Origin: Squalus acanthias
Taxonomy: Eukaryota
Direction: 5' to 3'
NCBI GenBank assembly: GCA_030390025.1
Contig: CM059433.1
Span: 3,348,001-3,412,000, forward strand
Length of the DNA stretch: 64,000 nucleotides
A program made the translations under genes and the position numbers. Positions 25,138 to 36,128 of this stretch are shown here, piece after piece (position 1 is the first letter of the stretch; each line of letters starts with the position of its first letter). The notes beneath the pieces were generated by a model. The model saw nothing but the letters and a program-made list of their open reading frames with translations, was not told the origin of the DNA and searched no databases.

Positions 25138-28100
25138 CTATGTGACCTGTGGTCCCACCCGGGGCTGCGAGTCCCCACTCGCAGGTTTGGCCCCTATGGT
25201 TGGCCCCTGTGCACCCGGCTTATACAGTTTGCACTGATTAATGTGGAACCACTTAGTGCGCCGAGGTACCTTTACGGCGTATACCATGGGACTCGCCTTA
25301 TCCACAATACTGTAGGGCCCCATATACAGTGGTTCCAGACTCCCTACTCTGGCATAATTTCTGACCATGACCTGGTCTCCTACTTCCCACTCCTGCTTCT
25401 TGCGGGGTTCCAGCAACAGGCGATTGCCCTGATGCTGCCTTCCCATGTTCCCAGCCGCCTGCTCGTAAACCTGCTTCAGGCGCTCCAAGAGGGTCTGGAC
25501 GAACTTGTCCCTGTTCACCTCTTGGAGCTGACCCTCGGTGAGCACCGGCGCTAGCACATGGGTGGGGGTTCGCATGATCCTCCCAGTCATGACCTCGTGC
25601 GGGGAATACCCCGTACTTTTTGACTGACTGGCCCGGATCCCCATGAGGACTAGAGGCAGAACCTCCGCCCATTTTTGGGGCGAGTTCATGGTCTCTTTCC
25701 TCAGCTTCTCCTTCAGGGTCCGGTTCATGCGTTCAACAATCCCGGATGACTGGGGATTGTGCGCTACGTGCCATTTCCCTTCAATGCCCAAAAGCATGAG
25801 GGTGTTCTGCATCACCTGGCCGGTGAAATGACTCCCTTGGTCTGACTCCACGAAACGGGGGAGTCCCCACCGCGAGAACACTTCCCGGACCAAGATTTTT
25901 GCAGTACCCAGCGCCGTAGCTGTTTTACAGGGGAAGGCTTCCACCCATTTGGAAAACACATCCACCAAGACGAGGCAGTATTTGTAGCCTCCCTGGGTGG
26001 TGGGCAGGGGCCCTATGTAATCGATCTGTATCGACTGCCATGGTCCCTCCACCCACCTGATGTGCCCCATGTGCACTTTCCTTTTCTGGGGGTCTGGGTT
26101 GTTTGCAGCGCACACAAGACAGTTTGCACAGAACTCGCGGACCTGCTCCCTGAGTCCCGGCCACCATCCCGCCTACTCTACCCTTTGCTAGGTAACCTCG
26201 GGCCCGGGGTGCCCTGCCCCCGGCCCCTCATGAGCCAACTGGAGGAATTCCCTCCTGTGCTGCTGCGGCACAACCCACTGCTCCTCGCAGAACAGCATGC
26301 CTTCCTTAACTGAGAGGGTTGCCGTACTGTACGGACCCTCTACCTGCTTGCCCTCAGTAATGGTTCTGAGAACTGCTTTTAGGGCGGGATCCTGGTTCTG
26401 GACGGTCTTAAGGTCTAGGGGCAATCCTACCCTGGTGTTCCCGGGATTCCCTTCCCTGCCTTGGATCGCTGCCACGGGTCCGGGCCCATAGGGGTCCCAG
26501 AAAATGCCGTTACGGGCACCCTCCCTGGCTAGCGCATCCGCCTGCTGGTTGCCCTCCCCACGGGGCTCTGTGGAGGAGTGAGCCTTCACCTTATGGATGA
26601 AAATCTCCCCTTCCTCCCCTACTGCTGCTAGGATCTTTTCCAGCAAGGGCTTCACCATTAAAGGTCGCCCGTCCGCGGAGGTGTATCCACGGCGGGACCA
26701 AATGGCCAGGTATTCCGTACACGAATTGCATGTGAACATACTGTCCGAACAAATCGTGTATGGGGTTGGGAAAATTTCTGGGTGGGTAACGACATATGCC
26801 ACCGCGGACAGCTCAGCTTGCTGCGCGCTCATGGTGCTAGGGAGCTTAATTGCCAGGGCAAGGTTTGCCGCAGGGTCATAAACTCCACACCCTGTGAGTC
26901 GTTCGCCAGCGGACACTGTGCTGGAACCATCAACATAAATCTCGCGACCTGTGGGATGTATCCCGGCCCGCAAACCTATGTTGACCTCCCACACCCCTTC
27001 CACCGAACACTGGTGGGCTGTACCGGGGTATACCAAGTTGGCCGCAAGCCTGGGCTCGCAAAGACCTTTAACTCTAAGATCCATCTGGGAAAGGAGAAGG
27101 GTCCAGCGCGCAATTCGAGCGCTGCTTACGGTCCCATCCTTAATCCTCCCATCTAGAAGCATCTTAGTTGGTGTGTGATGGGTGAGGAGAGTGATGGGAG
27201 AGAGCCCTGTGAAGATCGCTGATCTTTTCACAGCCCAATGCGTGGCTAAAAGATGCCTTTCGCAATTGGAGAAACTTCTCTCCACATCCGTTAACACCCT
27301 GGACGAATAGACAACCGGCCTCAGCTTGCCGTGATGCTCTTGGAGCAGCACAGCGCTCAAGCTGTCTCTGCTGGCAGCTACCTCCAGGAAAAACTCCTTC
27401 CCCCCATCTATGGCCCCTAAAGCTGGTGCGGTCTGCAAATCCCCTTTTAACTTCTCAAAGGCGGCCTGGCAGCCCTCGTCCCAAGACCACTCCACTCCCT
27501 TATGGAGGAGTCGGAGCAGCGGAGCTGCTGTGGCCGCATAGTCTTCGATAAAATCCCTGCAGTAACCGGTCAGTCCCAAAAAGGACCTCACACCCCTTAT
27601 GGTGTTGGGAATCGGTAACTCCTGCACCGACTCCCTCCTAGCCTTATCTATGGCTCTTTCCCCAGCGCGAATGGTCAGACCCAGGAATTTTACTTCCTGC
27701 TGACCGATCCGTGCTTTCTTAGGGTTAACTTTAAAACCCTTTCTCGCTAGCATCTCCAATAACTCGGCTAACAGTGGTCCATGCTCCTCCCTTGAGTCCG
27801 TAAATAGGAGCAAATCATCCACGTACTGCACTATCTGATTGGGCTGACTAAACTCCTTTAAACTTCCTGCCATACACTGATGGAAAATACTGGGGCTGTT
27901 GTGGAAACCCTGTGGCAAACAGTTCCACGTGTACTGTTGTCCTTTAAAAGTAAAGGCAAACTTGTACTGGTCCTCTCGCCGCAGCGGGATGGACCAAAAA
28001 CCGTTCGAGATATCCAGCACCGTGAACGTGGTCGCGGATGCTGGGATACTCCCTATTAGGTCAGCGACTGCTGCTACCGTGGGCGCGCAGGCAGGGATGT

Positions 28101-28890
28101 TACTGTTAAGGACTCTGTAGTCCACTGTGGCCCTCCACGAATTATCCGGCTTCCTAACCGGCCATAATGGGGAGTTCACGTGCGTGGCTATCGGCCTCAA
28201 CACGCCCTGCTGCACCAAGGAGGACATTGCTGTCTCCATATCGGGTTCTGCTTCTTTGGGGAAGTTATACTGCTTTTGGGGCCGGGTCATGGGGTCCCCG
28301 TCTACGCTGACCTCAAACCCGGTAACCCTCCCACAATCGTGCTTGTGGGTTGCAAACGCGTGCATATTATCTGACACGTACGTTTGCATGTCCGTTGGGA
28401 CATCCGCGACCATAAGCCCGAGGTCGTAACCTCCGGATGGCTTCATGGTACACAGGGTCCCTTTACCTTCCTCCCCCGGGATTACCACTACCTCGCCTTT
28501 TCCACCCTTGGCTCCCCAGAGACAGTGATTCCTAAGGTCCACGAGGATCCCGTGCTCCGATAAGAGATCTGATCCGAGGATGCCTCTCCCACCCCCCTCT
28601 TGCCATTTCATCAGTATGCACTTCCACGTGGTGTGGAGTGCTCCTAAATGAATGGAGAGCGGAATGGAGAACACGCCAGCCTGCTCTTTTCCCGTGAACC
28701 CCGCTAATGTGTCTGGGACCTTGGTAGATAGCGGTGAGTCAAAAGGGCTATCCGTATGAATCACGGTGCATGAAGCTCCCATGTCCAACAAATAACTGCC
28801 CTTCTGCTTCTCTACCTCCATCTCCACCAGGGGTCGTTTCCACGCATCATAGCTGAGCGGACACAGGTAGACGGGCTGTGTGGGCTCTAG
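25138..28890 (-). pseudogene. pol: pro-pol: protease, RT, tether, RNase H, integrase; two in-frame TAG stops (26173, 26188)
   Basis: LLD(M)GAS; LPQGFHNSP; YVDD at 27814-27825; degenerate RNase H EVAASRDSLSAVLLQ; second RNase H IYVDGSS..AQQAEL..SDS..KVKAH..GNQQADALA; IN HHCC, IDYIGP/SDQGSHF/VERMNRTLK, GPY motif. Confidence 0.95.
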
Positions 28891-30072
28891 TCATTGGGTA
28901 CCGGTGGACGGGGTTGCGGCACCTGCGGGGCCGGTAGTGACTGCCACCCTTCCTTGCGAAATCATGAGGGTCCGCATGGCTCCCAACATTGATTCTATCG
29001 CATCGGGATGGATAGGCACACCAGCTCCTTTGTCAGAGACAGGCGCTTGGGTTCGGGCTGCGGGATTTTTATCCCTGGACTCCTTCCAGGGGTTCCTGCA
29101 GTTCTTGCGCCAGTGCCCTGTCTTTCCGCACCCGTAACAAGCACTACTGGCCTGCGGGGTGCGGTTACCCTCCTGATGCCACTCCTTTTGAGCCGGGGCT
29201 GTGGGCCGTGCCTCATGCACCTTTCCCTTAAGGGGACGCGCCCCCGTGCTCCTTGTGTTACGGTACCCTACCGTGAGTTGATTTAGGACCGACTCCTCGG
29301 TTGTGAGGGGGTTAATGGGGTCAAACCATGCTTTGGCCTGCTCCCTGACGGCTGGCAAACTGTTGGCTACTAAACATCTGAGCCAGTGAGTTAAACCGAC
29401 ACCGTCTTGATCGGCGCGCTCTGGCGCACCTGGGCAGCTACGCTGATATAAAGGCCACAGCCTGTCGGTGAAAACCTTCGGGGGTTCTCCCTCCATCTGC
29501 ACTGTCTGTCCCAATCTAACGAACGGATCTTCATCGTCCGCCCCCAACACTTCCAGGACCTCGTCCCTTAACTCCTCATAGGTATGATTTCCCCTCTTGC
29601 TCTCGTCTGAGAGACACTGTAGGATCAAGCTGTCTGATGAGAACAGCAACATTTTGGTCTTTTCCTCGTCGTCGCAGCCGTTAATGGCCGCGGTCTGCTC
29701 TACCTCCCTGAAATGTACGGAAGGGTCACCTGACTCAGCCAGCTTCCGTACGTGACTGATCATAGCCCTCAGCTGGTGTGAGCTGTGAGGCAACACAAGC
29801 TGGTTGAGGAGATCCCCCTCTGCCCCATTTGCTCCGTTCGGGCCCCTCTTGTGGCCTGTGACCGGACACAACGGTCCCGGCTTCGCCACTACCTCAGGGG
29901 GCTGTACTACCTCGGGGACCTCTTCCTCTACTTCTACCACTTCCTCCCTTACCCAGGTTGCCGAATAGCTGGGTGGCGCGGAGGGCACAGTGGCAAATAC
30001 CTCCTCTGCTTTGTTTGGTAGGGATTTTTGGAATTCCCCGCCCACCTGCGGCTGGTGTGCTGACGGACTGAT

Positions 30073-30516
30073 AGAAACATAGAAACATAGAAACATAGAA
30101 TCTAGGAGCAGGAGTAGGCCATTCGGCCCGTCGAGCCTGCACCACCATTCAATACGATCATGGCTGATCATTCAAATCCAGTACCCTGTCCCTGCTTTAA
30201 TCCCCACAGTACACATATCCCACCCGACCCCCGTAACCCCACGTATTTAATTCCCCCTAACATATCCCATCCTATCCCCATAACCCCACATATTTAATCC
30301 CCCCCTAACACTAAGGGTCAATTTATCATAGCCAAATCAACCTAACCCGCACATTTTTGGACAGTGGGAGGAAACCGGAGCACCCGGAGGAAACCCACGC
30401 AGACACGGGGAGAATGTGCAAACTCCACACAGACAGTCACCCGAGGTCAGATTCGAACCCAGGTCTCTGGCGCTGTGAGGCACCAGTGCTAACCACTATG
30501 CCACCGTGTTGCCCCG
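30073..30516 (-). mobile_element. V-SINE (HE1-like) inserted in gag
   Basis: tRNA head TGGCATAGTGG / GGTTCGAATC; V-domain TGTGTGGAGTTTGCACATTCTCCCCGTGTCTGCGTGGGTTTCCTCCGGGTGCTCCGGTTTCCTCCCAC; CR1-type tail (TTTCTATG)n; TGAT on both flanks. Confidence 0.92.
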
Positions 30517-31144
30517 TGATGAGGCACACCATGCCGTGTGCTTTGTTCAGGGCCTCTCTAAGGTTCCCTATCTCTTTCTGGCAGATGCTGTGGTCGGCCC
30601 CCTCATGCTTATCTTCGAGGGCCATCTTATATGCCGCCCTAACTCCCTTCAAGCTCTCTTCTTGGGCTTTTATTTGGGCAGCTAGGCGGGCACACCGTTC
30701 CCTGATCCTACCCTCATTTAGCTTTGCCTCTGTGACTTGACACTCGAGGTAATCTATTTTAGCCTCATGGTGGTTAGCTACTAACTGGCGCTCCTGATGC
30801 AACGCATTCAAGGACGCGATGAGCTGCTGCCCCCCCCGCGACCTTTTCCTCCATCTCCACCTCCAAACCCTTGATCTGAGCTGCCTGTGCTACGATGACC
30901 TGGTCCGAAAGCTGGACTTGCCTTTTATAACACATCAGCCAGACCGCTTTCTCTACCGATTTTTTGTGTTCTTTACTGCCTGTCCACCTGATGGCTGCGT
31001 CTAGTGGCGCATTATCCACCAGCAGGTCACTTATCCATCTCTTGGTCAAATTAACCTTCCCAAACACATAATCGGCTATCCTCTCTTCCATAACATTTCG
31101 CCCATTCATACCAGGGTCTAACACACTACTTTCTCGCTGCCAGT

Positions 31145-31162
31145 GTCCCTTCGTGGTCGCCA
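31145..31162 (-). promoter_or_regulatory. Primer binding site, tRNA-Arg(UCG)-type
   Basis: TGGCGACCACGAAGGGAC, complementary to the 3' 18 nt (GTCCCTTCGTGGTCGCCA) of a vertebrate tRNA-Arg as recalled; 5 nt from the LTR end. Confidence 0.85.
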
Positions 31163-31167
31163 TTTCC

Positions 31168-34100
31168 TGTAAGGGGTTTGCTCGTGCTGTGCTTCTAGGT
31201 GCTTGTGCGGGGTTAGGCCTTATTGCTTGCTCTGGTCTCCAGCCAGCCTTGCAGCACTAAACACCTGTGAGTGGTTCAACCCACTGTAGAATTCGCAATA
31301 TATCGCGATTTTATTAATAAGGAGAAAAAACACAGAGTTTCGTTCAAACAGCTTTTATTTCAGCAAAATGCTGCCAGGTTTAAAGTGGACACAAGCAGCC
31401 TGTAAAATGGCCGCCGCACCTCGTGACAGAACACTCTAGACTTTTCGACAGGCAGACAAGATGGCGTTCCAATAAACATTTGTTAAAGATCGATTAAGAT
31501 TCAGCACAGTGAAGATAATACACGAGACATTATGGGTTTGCAGTATACACATAAATACTGAAATCGGTCTCCCAGGTACAAATGAAAGCTATTGTACCAA
31601 GTAATCAAGGGCCCATCCAAAAGACATTAATATGTAAAATCCCAACGACTCTACGATGAGAGAGCCGTTAGCAGGTAGTTATACAAAACACTTGGAAGCC
31701 CCACAACCCCTCCAGGGAGAACACCGACCGATTTAACAATGGGAGAAATATTAACAGGTACTCAGACGTTTACGAGTAGCCCCAAAACCCATTAAGAACG
31801 GAGATCACCCATACAAGACATTTGAGCGCCAGACCCTAAACAAAAGAATGGACATTAAGGTTGAGCGGGAAACGGAAGATTTTGCACTATAATTGCAGGC
31901 TCCAAACCGTCCAGCTTTCTCTTATCCTGTGCTCTTATTTCGTAACCTCGTGGCTGCTCCTGTGTACTCGTAGTCGGGCTCCTGCTTGCCTGTTGACTCT
32001 TTGAAAAAGACTGTTGAACTTTCTGATCCGTTCGGATCTACCTCGTGTCGCGTAACGAAGACCTATGTTGGTAACTGGCAGCGGAACCAAAGGCCTGAGA
32101 TGAGATGAGATGAGATGAGAAGAGAGGAAGACCATATCCATCGCCACGGTCAGTAAATCCCGACCGCGCCTGTAGGTCGAATAGCCAAGTTTTCCTTGCC
32201 AGGAAGACTTCTTCGAACTTGCAAAGAACATATCACATCGATGATATTAACAACTGTGCTCGGAAAAGTACCTGTTAAACCAACCAACACAGGTCTTCAT
32301 CACAGCAGACGGTCCAGCCTGCTAGCCGGAGCAGCAGAAGCAAGTAAACAAGTGGGACCAGGAGATCTCCTGACCGACACGTGGGAGCTGCGGTGAAAAA
32401 CATCCGATCAGCTATTCGGAATTTCTCCGAGTTATCACGAGTGGTGAGCATGAGTCTCGAAATCCTACGAATCTAGTTAGGATAGATATTGATAGGGGAG
32501 GGTTTAAGGATTAAGGATATTTGTAATGTGTGCCCCTATTTACTATGTGCCGTTCGTTCCTCGTTTCCCTAAGATCGACTATATAACTGCTTGTAAGATT
32601 GTACTGTCATTAATCTGTGCTTATGACATGTATTTCATAATCTTAAGTATCATGCAATAAAGATTTTCCATTTCGTACCATTCAACCGAGTCTACATGAG
32701 TTTCATCTCCATTACTGCTCTCGCATCTAAGTCCAGTGTCTAGAACCGTAAGGGCGAGTGATTCGAACCACTCACAGGTGTGTCTAGTGTTCCCAGACTG
32801 GCTGGAGACCAGAACAGGCAACAAGGCCTAGACCCGCACTGACATACAGGCTGCACAGAGCCGCGTGAATCTCACAGGCTGCGAGACACGCAGGGTCAGA
32901 ATCCCTTACACCACTCGCCCTTACGGTTCTGACACTGGACTTAGGTGCGAGAGCAGTAATGCAGAGAAAACTCAGGTAGACCCGGTTGAATAGTACGAAA
33001 TGGAAATCTTTATTGCATATTGTTCAAAATTACGAAATACATGTCATAAGCACAGATTAATGACAGTACAAGCTTACATACATTTATAAAACTAGGTTTA
33101 GGGAAATGAGGAGCGCACGACACATCGTAAAAGGGGACACACATTATTATTATCCTTAATGAAGAAGACACCCTCCCCTATCAATACCTGCACTAATCTA
33201 GATCTGTAGGATCGAGAAACATGCTCACCACTCGTAATACCTCGGAGAATTCTAAAACGGCGCTCGGCTGTTTTCGCTGCAGCACCTGACCGTTCACGTG
33301 TTGACCAGGGGTCTCTGTACCCCACTTGTTTATTTGCTCTGCTCCGGCTAGCAGGCTAGAACGTCTGCTGTCATGAAGATCTGTGTTGACCTCGGACTCC
33401 TGATAAAACTCAAAGAAGAGTCTTCCTGTGCCGACACCGGTTGTCGATAGAATTCGAAGAAAAGTCTTCTTGGGCCAGTTCGTGTAGTAACCTATAGAGT
33501 TCAAAAATGGTCAATATATTTTCGGGCGCGGTTGGGGTTTACTGACCGCGGCGGCACGTGTAGTCGTCTTCCTCTCTTCTCATCTCATCTCCTCGGGCCT
33601 TCGGATCCAAACACCGTTTACCGACCTTCGGGATGGTGCACCCGCTTATCGGCCTTCGCAGTCCAGCTCTTCACAGATCTTCGCGGCAAGCTACGAGGTC
33701 GACCCCAAAAAGGATCAGCGGAACAAGAGCCCGGAGAATACCAGCTCGATGAACGGCAAGAGCATAAGCGATGAGAGTCGTCAGGGATAAGAGAGAGTCA
33801 AGAGAGAGATGGACGTTTGTTCACTACAGTTATAGTACTGTAATTCCTTATCTCCCGCCCAATCTTAATGTTCATCTTTTGTAATATTTTGGCGCTCAAA
33901 CTTCTTGTATGGGGTGATTCTTGTTTGTAATGGGTTTCGGTGATACTTGTAACTGGCCAAACACCCGTTAATGTGTCTCCCATTGTGGAACCGGCTAGGA
34001 GCCTCCCTGGCGGGGTTTTGGGGGCCTCCGAAATATTTGTGTAAGTACCCGCGAATGGCTCTCTCATTGTAGAGCTGCGGGGAATTTGCATATTAATGTC

Positions 34101-34448
34101 TTTGGATGGGCCTCTGATTGCCCAGTACAATAGCCCTTGCTTGTGCATGGAAAACCGATTCCAGCACTTATATCTCTTGCTTATTGTGTTGAATGCAAAT
34201 CGGTCGCGTCCTGCCTTTTACCGATGTTTGCTGAGTATTATCCGATCTTACTGAAATGTTTATTGGAACGCCATCTTGTCTGCCTACTGAAAAGTCTAGA
34301 AACTTCTGCCACGAGGCGCAGCGGCCATTTTACAGGCTTCTTGTGTCCATTTTGAAACATGACAGCATTTCGCTGAAATAAAACTACTTAAACAAAACTG
34401 TATCTCTCTCTCGTTATTTTCGAATCGCGATAATTTGCGAATGTTACA
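31168..34448 (-). repeat. 5' LTR, split by an inserted solo LTR (31168-31284 plus 32915-34448 = 1651 bp)
   Basis: Both parts match the 3' LTR and their lengths sum exactly to 1651. Confidence 0.95.
31285..32910 (+). mobile_element. Solo LTR of a related family, in inverted orientation
   Basis: TGTAGAATTCGC...CCCTTACA, 1626 bp; TSD CCAC at 31281-31284 and 32911-32914; homologous to but diverged from the host LTR. Confidence 0.92.
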
Positions 34449-36128
34449 AGAGAAAGCTAGCTAGAAATATAAAAACAGATAGTAAGAGTTTCTATAGATA
34501 TTTAAAAAAGAAAAGAGTGAGTGTTGGTCCTATAAAAAGTGAGTCTGGGGAATTAATAATGGAAAATAAGGAGATGGCAGTTGAATTGAACAGGTATTTT
34601 GCATCAGTCTTCACTATAGAGGATACAAGTAACATCCCAGAAATAGCTGTAAATCAGGAAATGGAAGGGAGGGAGGAACTCAAGAAAATTGCAATCACCA
34701 GGGAAGTGGTACTGAGCAAATTGTTGGAGCTGCGGGCTGAGAAGTCCCCGGGTCCTGATGGACTTCATCCTAGGGAAGATGTTAGAAGCTATTATTAAAG
34801 ACGTTATAGCAGGGCACTTAGAAAAGTTCAAGGTAATCAGGCAGAGTCAACGTGGTTTTGTGAAAGGGAAATCATGTTTAACCAATTTATTGGAGTTCTT
34901 TGAGGAAGTAACATGTGCTGTGGATAAAGGGGAATCGGTGGCTGTACTGTACTTAGAATTCCAGAGGGCATTTGATAAGGTGCCACATCAAAGGTTATTG
35001 CGGAAAATAAAAGCTCATGGTGTAGGGGATAACATATTGGCATGGATAGAAGATTGTGGCTAGCTAACAGGAAACAGAGAGTAGGCATTTTCTGGTTGGC
35101 AAGATATAACGACTGGTATGCCACAGGGATCAGTGCTGGGGCCTCAACTTTTTACAATTTATATAAATGACTTGGATGAAGGGACCGAAGGTATGGTTGC
35201 TAAATTTGCTGTTGACACAAAGATAGGTAGGAAAGTAAATTGTGAAGAGGACATAAGGAGGCTACAAAGGGATATAGATAAGTTAAGTGAGTGGGCAAAG
35301 ATCTGGCAAATAGAGTATAATGTGGGAAAATGTGAAATTGTCCATTTTGGCAGGAAGAATAAAAAAGAAGCATATTACCTAAATGGTGAGAGATTGCAGA
35401 GCTCTGAGATGCAGAGGGATCTGGGTGTCCTAGTGCATGAATCGCAAAAGGTTACTATGCAGGTACAGCAAGTAATTAGGAAAGCTAATAGAATGTTATC
35501 ATTTATTGCGAGGGGAATTGAATACAAAAGTAGAGAGGTTATGCTTCAGTTATACAGAGCATTGGTGAGACCACATCTGGAGTACTGTGTACAGTATTGG
35601 TCTCCTTATTTAAGGAAGGATGTAAATGCGTTGAAAGCAGTTCAAAGAAGGTTTACTAGACTAATACCTGGAATGGGCGGGTTGTCTTATGAGGAAAGGT
35701 CAGACAGGCTAGGCTTATATCCACTGAAATTTAGAAGAGTAAGAGGTGACTTGCTTGAAACATATAAGATCCTGAGGGGTCTGGACAGGGTGGATGTGGA
35801 GAGGATGTTTCCTCTTGTGGGAGAATCTAGAACTAGGGGTCACTGTTTAAAAATAAGGGGTCGCCCATTTAAGACAGAGTTGAGGAGAAATTTTTTCTCA
35901 GAGGGTCGTGAGTCTTTGGAACTCTCTTCCTCAGAGGGCGGTGGAAGCAGAGTCTTTGAATATTTTTAAGGCAGAGGTAGATAGATTCTTGATAAGCAAG
36001 GGGGTGAAAAGTTATTGAGGGTAGGCGGGAATGTGGAGTAATCGGGTCAGCCGTGATCTTATCGAATGGCGGAGCAGGCTCGAGGGGCCGAGTGGCCCAC
36101 TCCTACTCCTAATTCGTATTTTCGTATG
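34449..36128 (+). mobile_element. CR1 LINE, 3' part (RT domain and tail)
   Basis: [26 protein letters not shown] and FAVD motifs; internal deletion near 34775; 3' UTR. Confidence 0.93.

Larger units (their letters stand above)
28891..31163 (-). pseudogene. gag: gag: N-terminal coiled coil, late domains, capsid-like region, CCHC knuckle; +1 frameshift in a G8 run and a SINE insertion
   Basis: Removing one G at 30830-30837 and the SINE at 30073-30516 gives one continuous frame (VAGGQQLIASLNALH; MVCLISPSAHQ); CYGCGKTGHWRKNC. Confidence 0.88.
19651..34448 (-). mobile_element. Endogenous lokiretrovirus-like provirus (LTR-gag-pro-pol-env-LTR)
   Basis: TG...CA LTRs; TSD AGAG at 19647-19650 and 34449-34452; PBS; PPT; gag CCHC; PR; RT YVDD; tether plus RNase H; IN; class I fusion env. 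Confidence 0.9.

Noticed and set aside
24518..25237. 239-aa antisense ORF opposite the integrase tail (possible HBZ/ASP analogue)
   Set aside because: TTG start, low complexity, and explained by the stop-poor antisense frame of a GC-rich repeat; no independent support
30072..30171. Apparent N-terminus of the 426-aa gag ORF (MISHDRIEWW...)
   Set aside because: Derived from the SINE tail; the true gag continues upstream of the SINE
31145..31162. tRNA gene
   Set aside because: Only the 3' 18 nt including CCA are present, so it is a PBS; SINE heads elsewhere are likewise not tRNA genes
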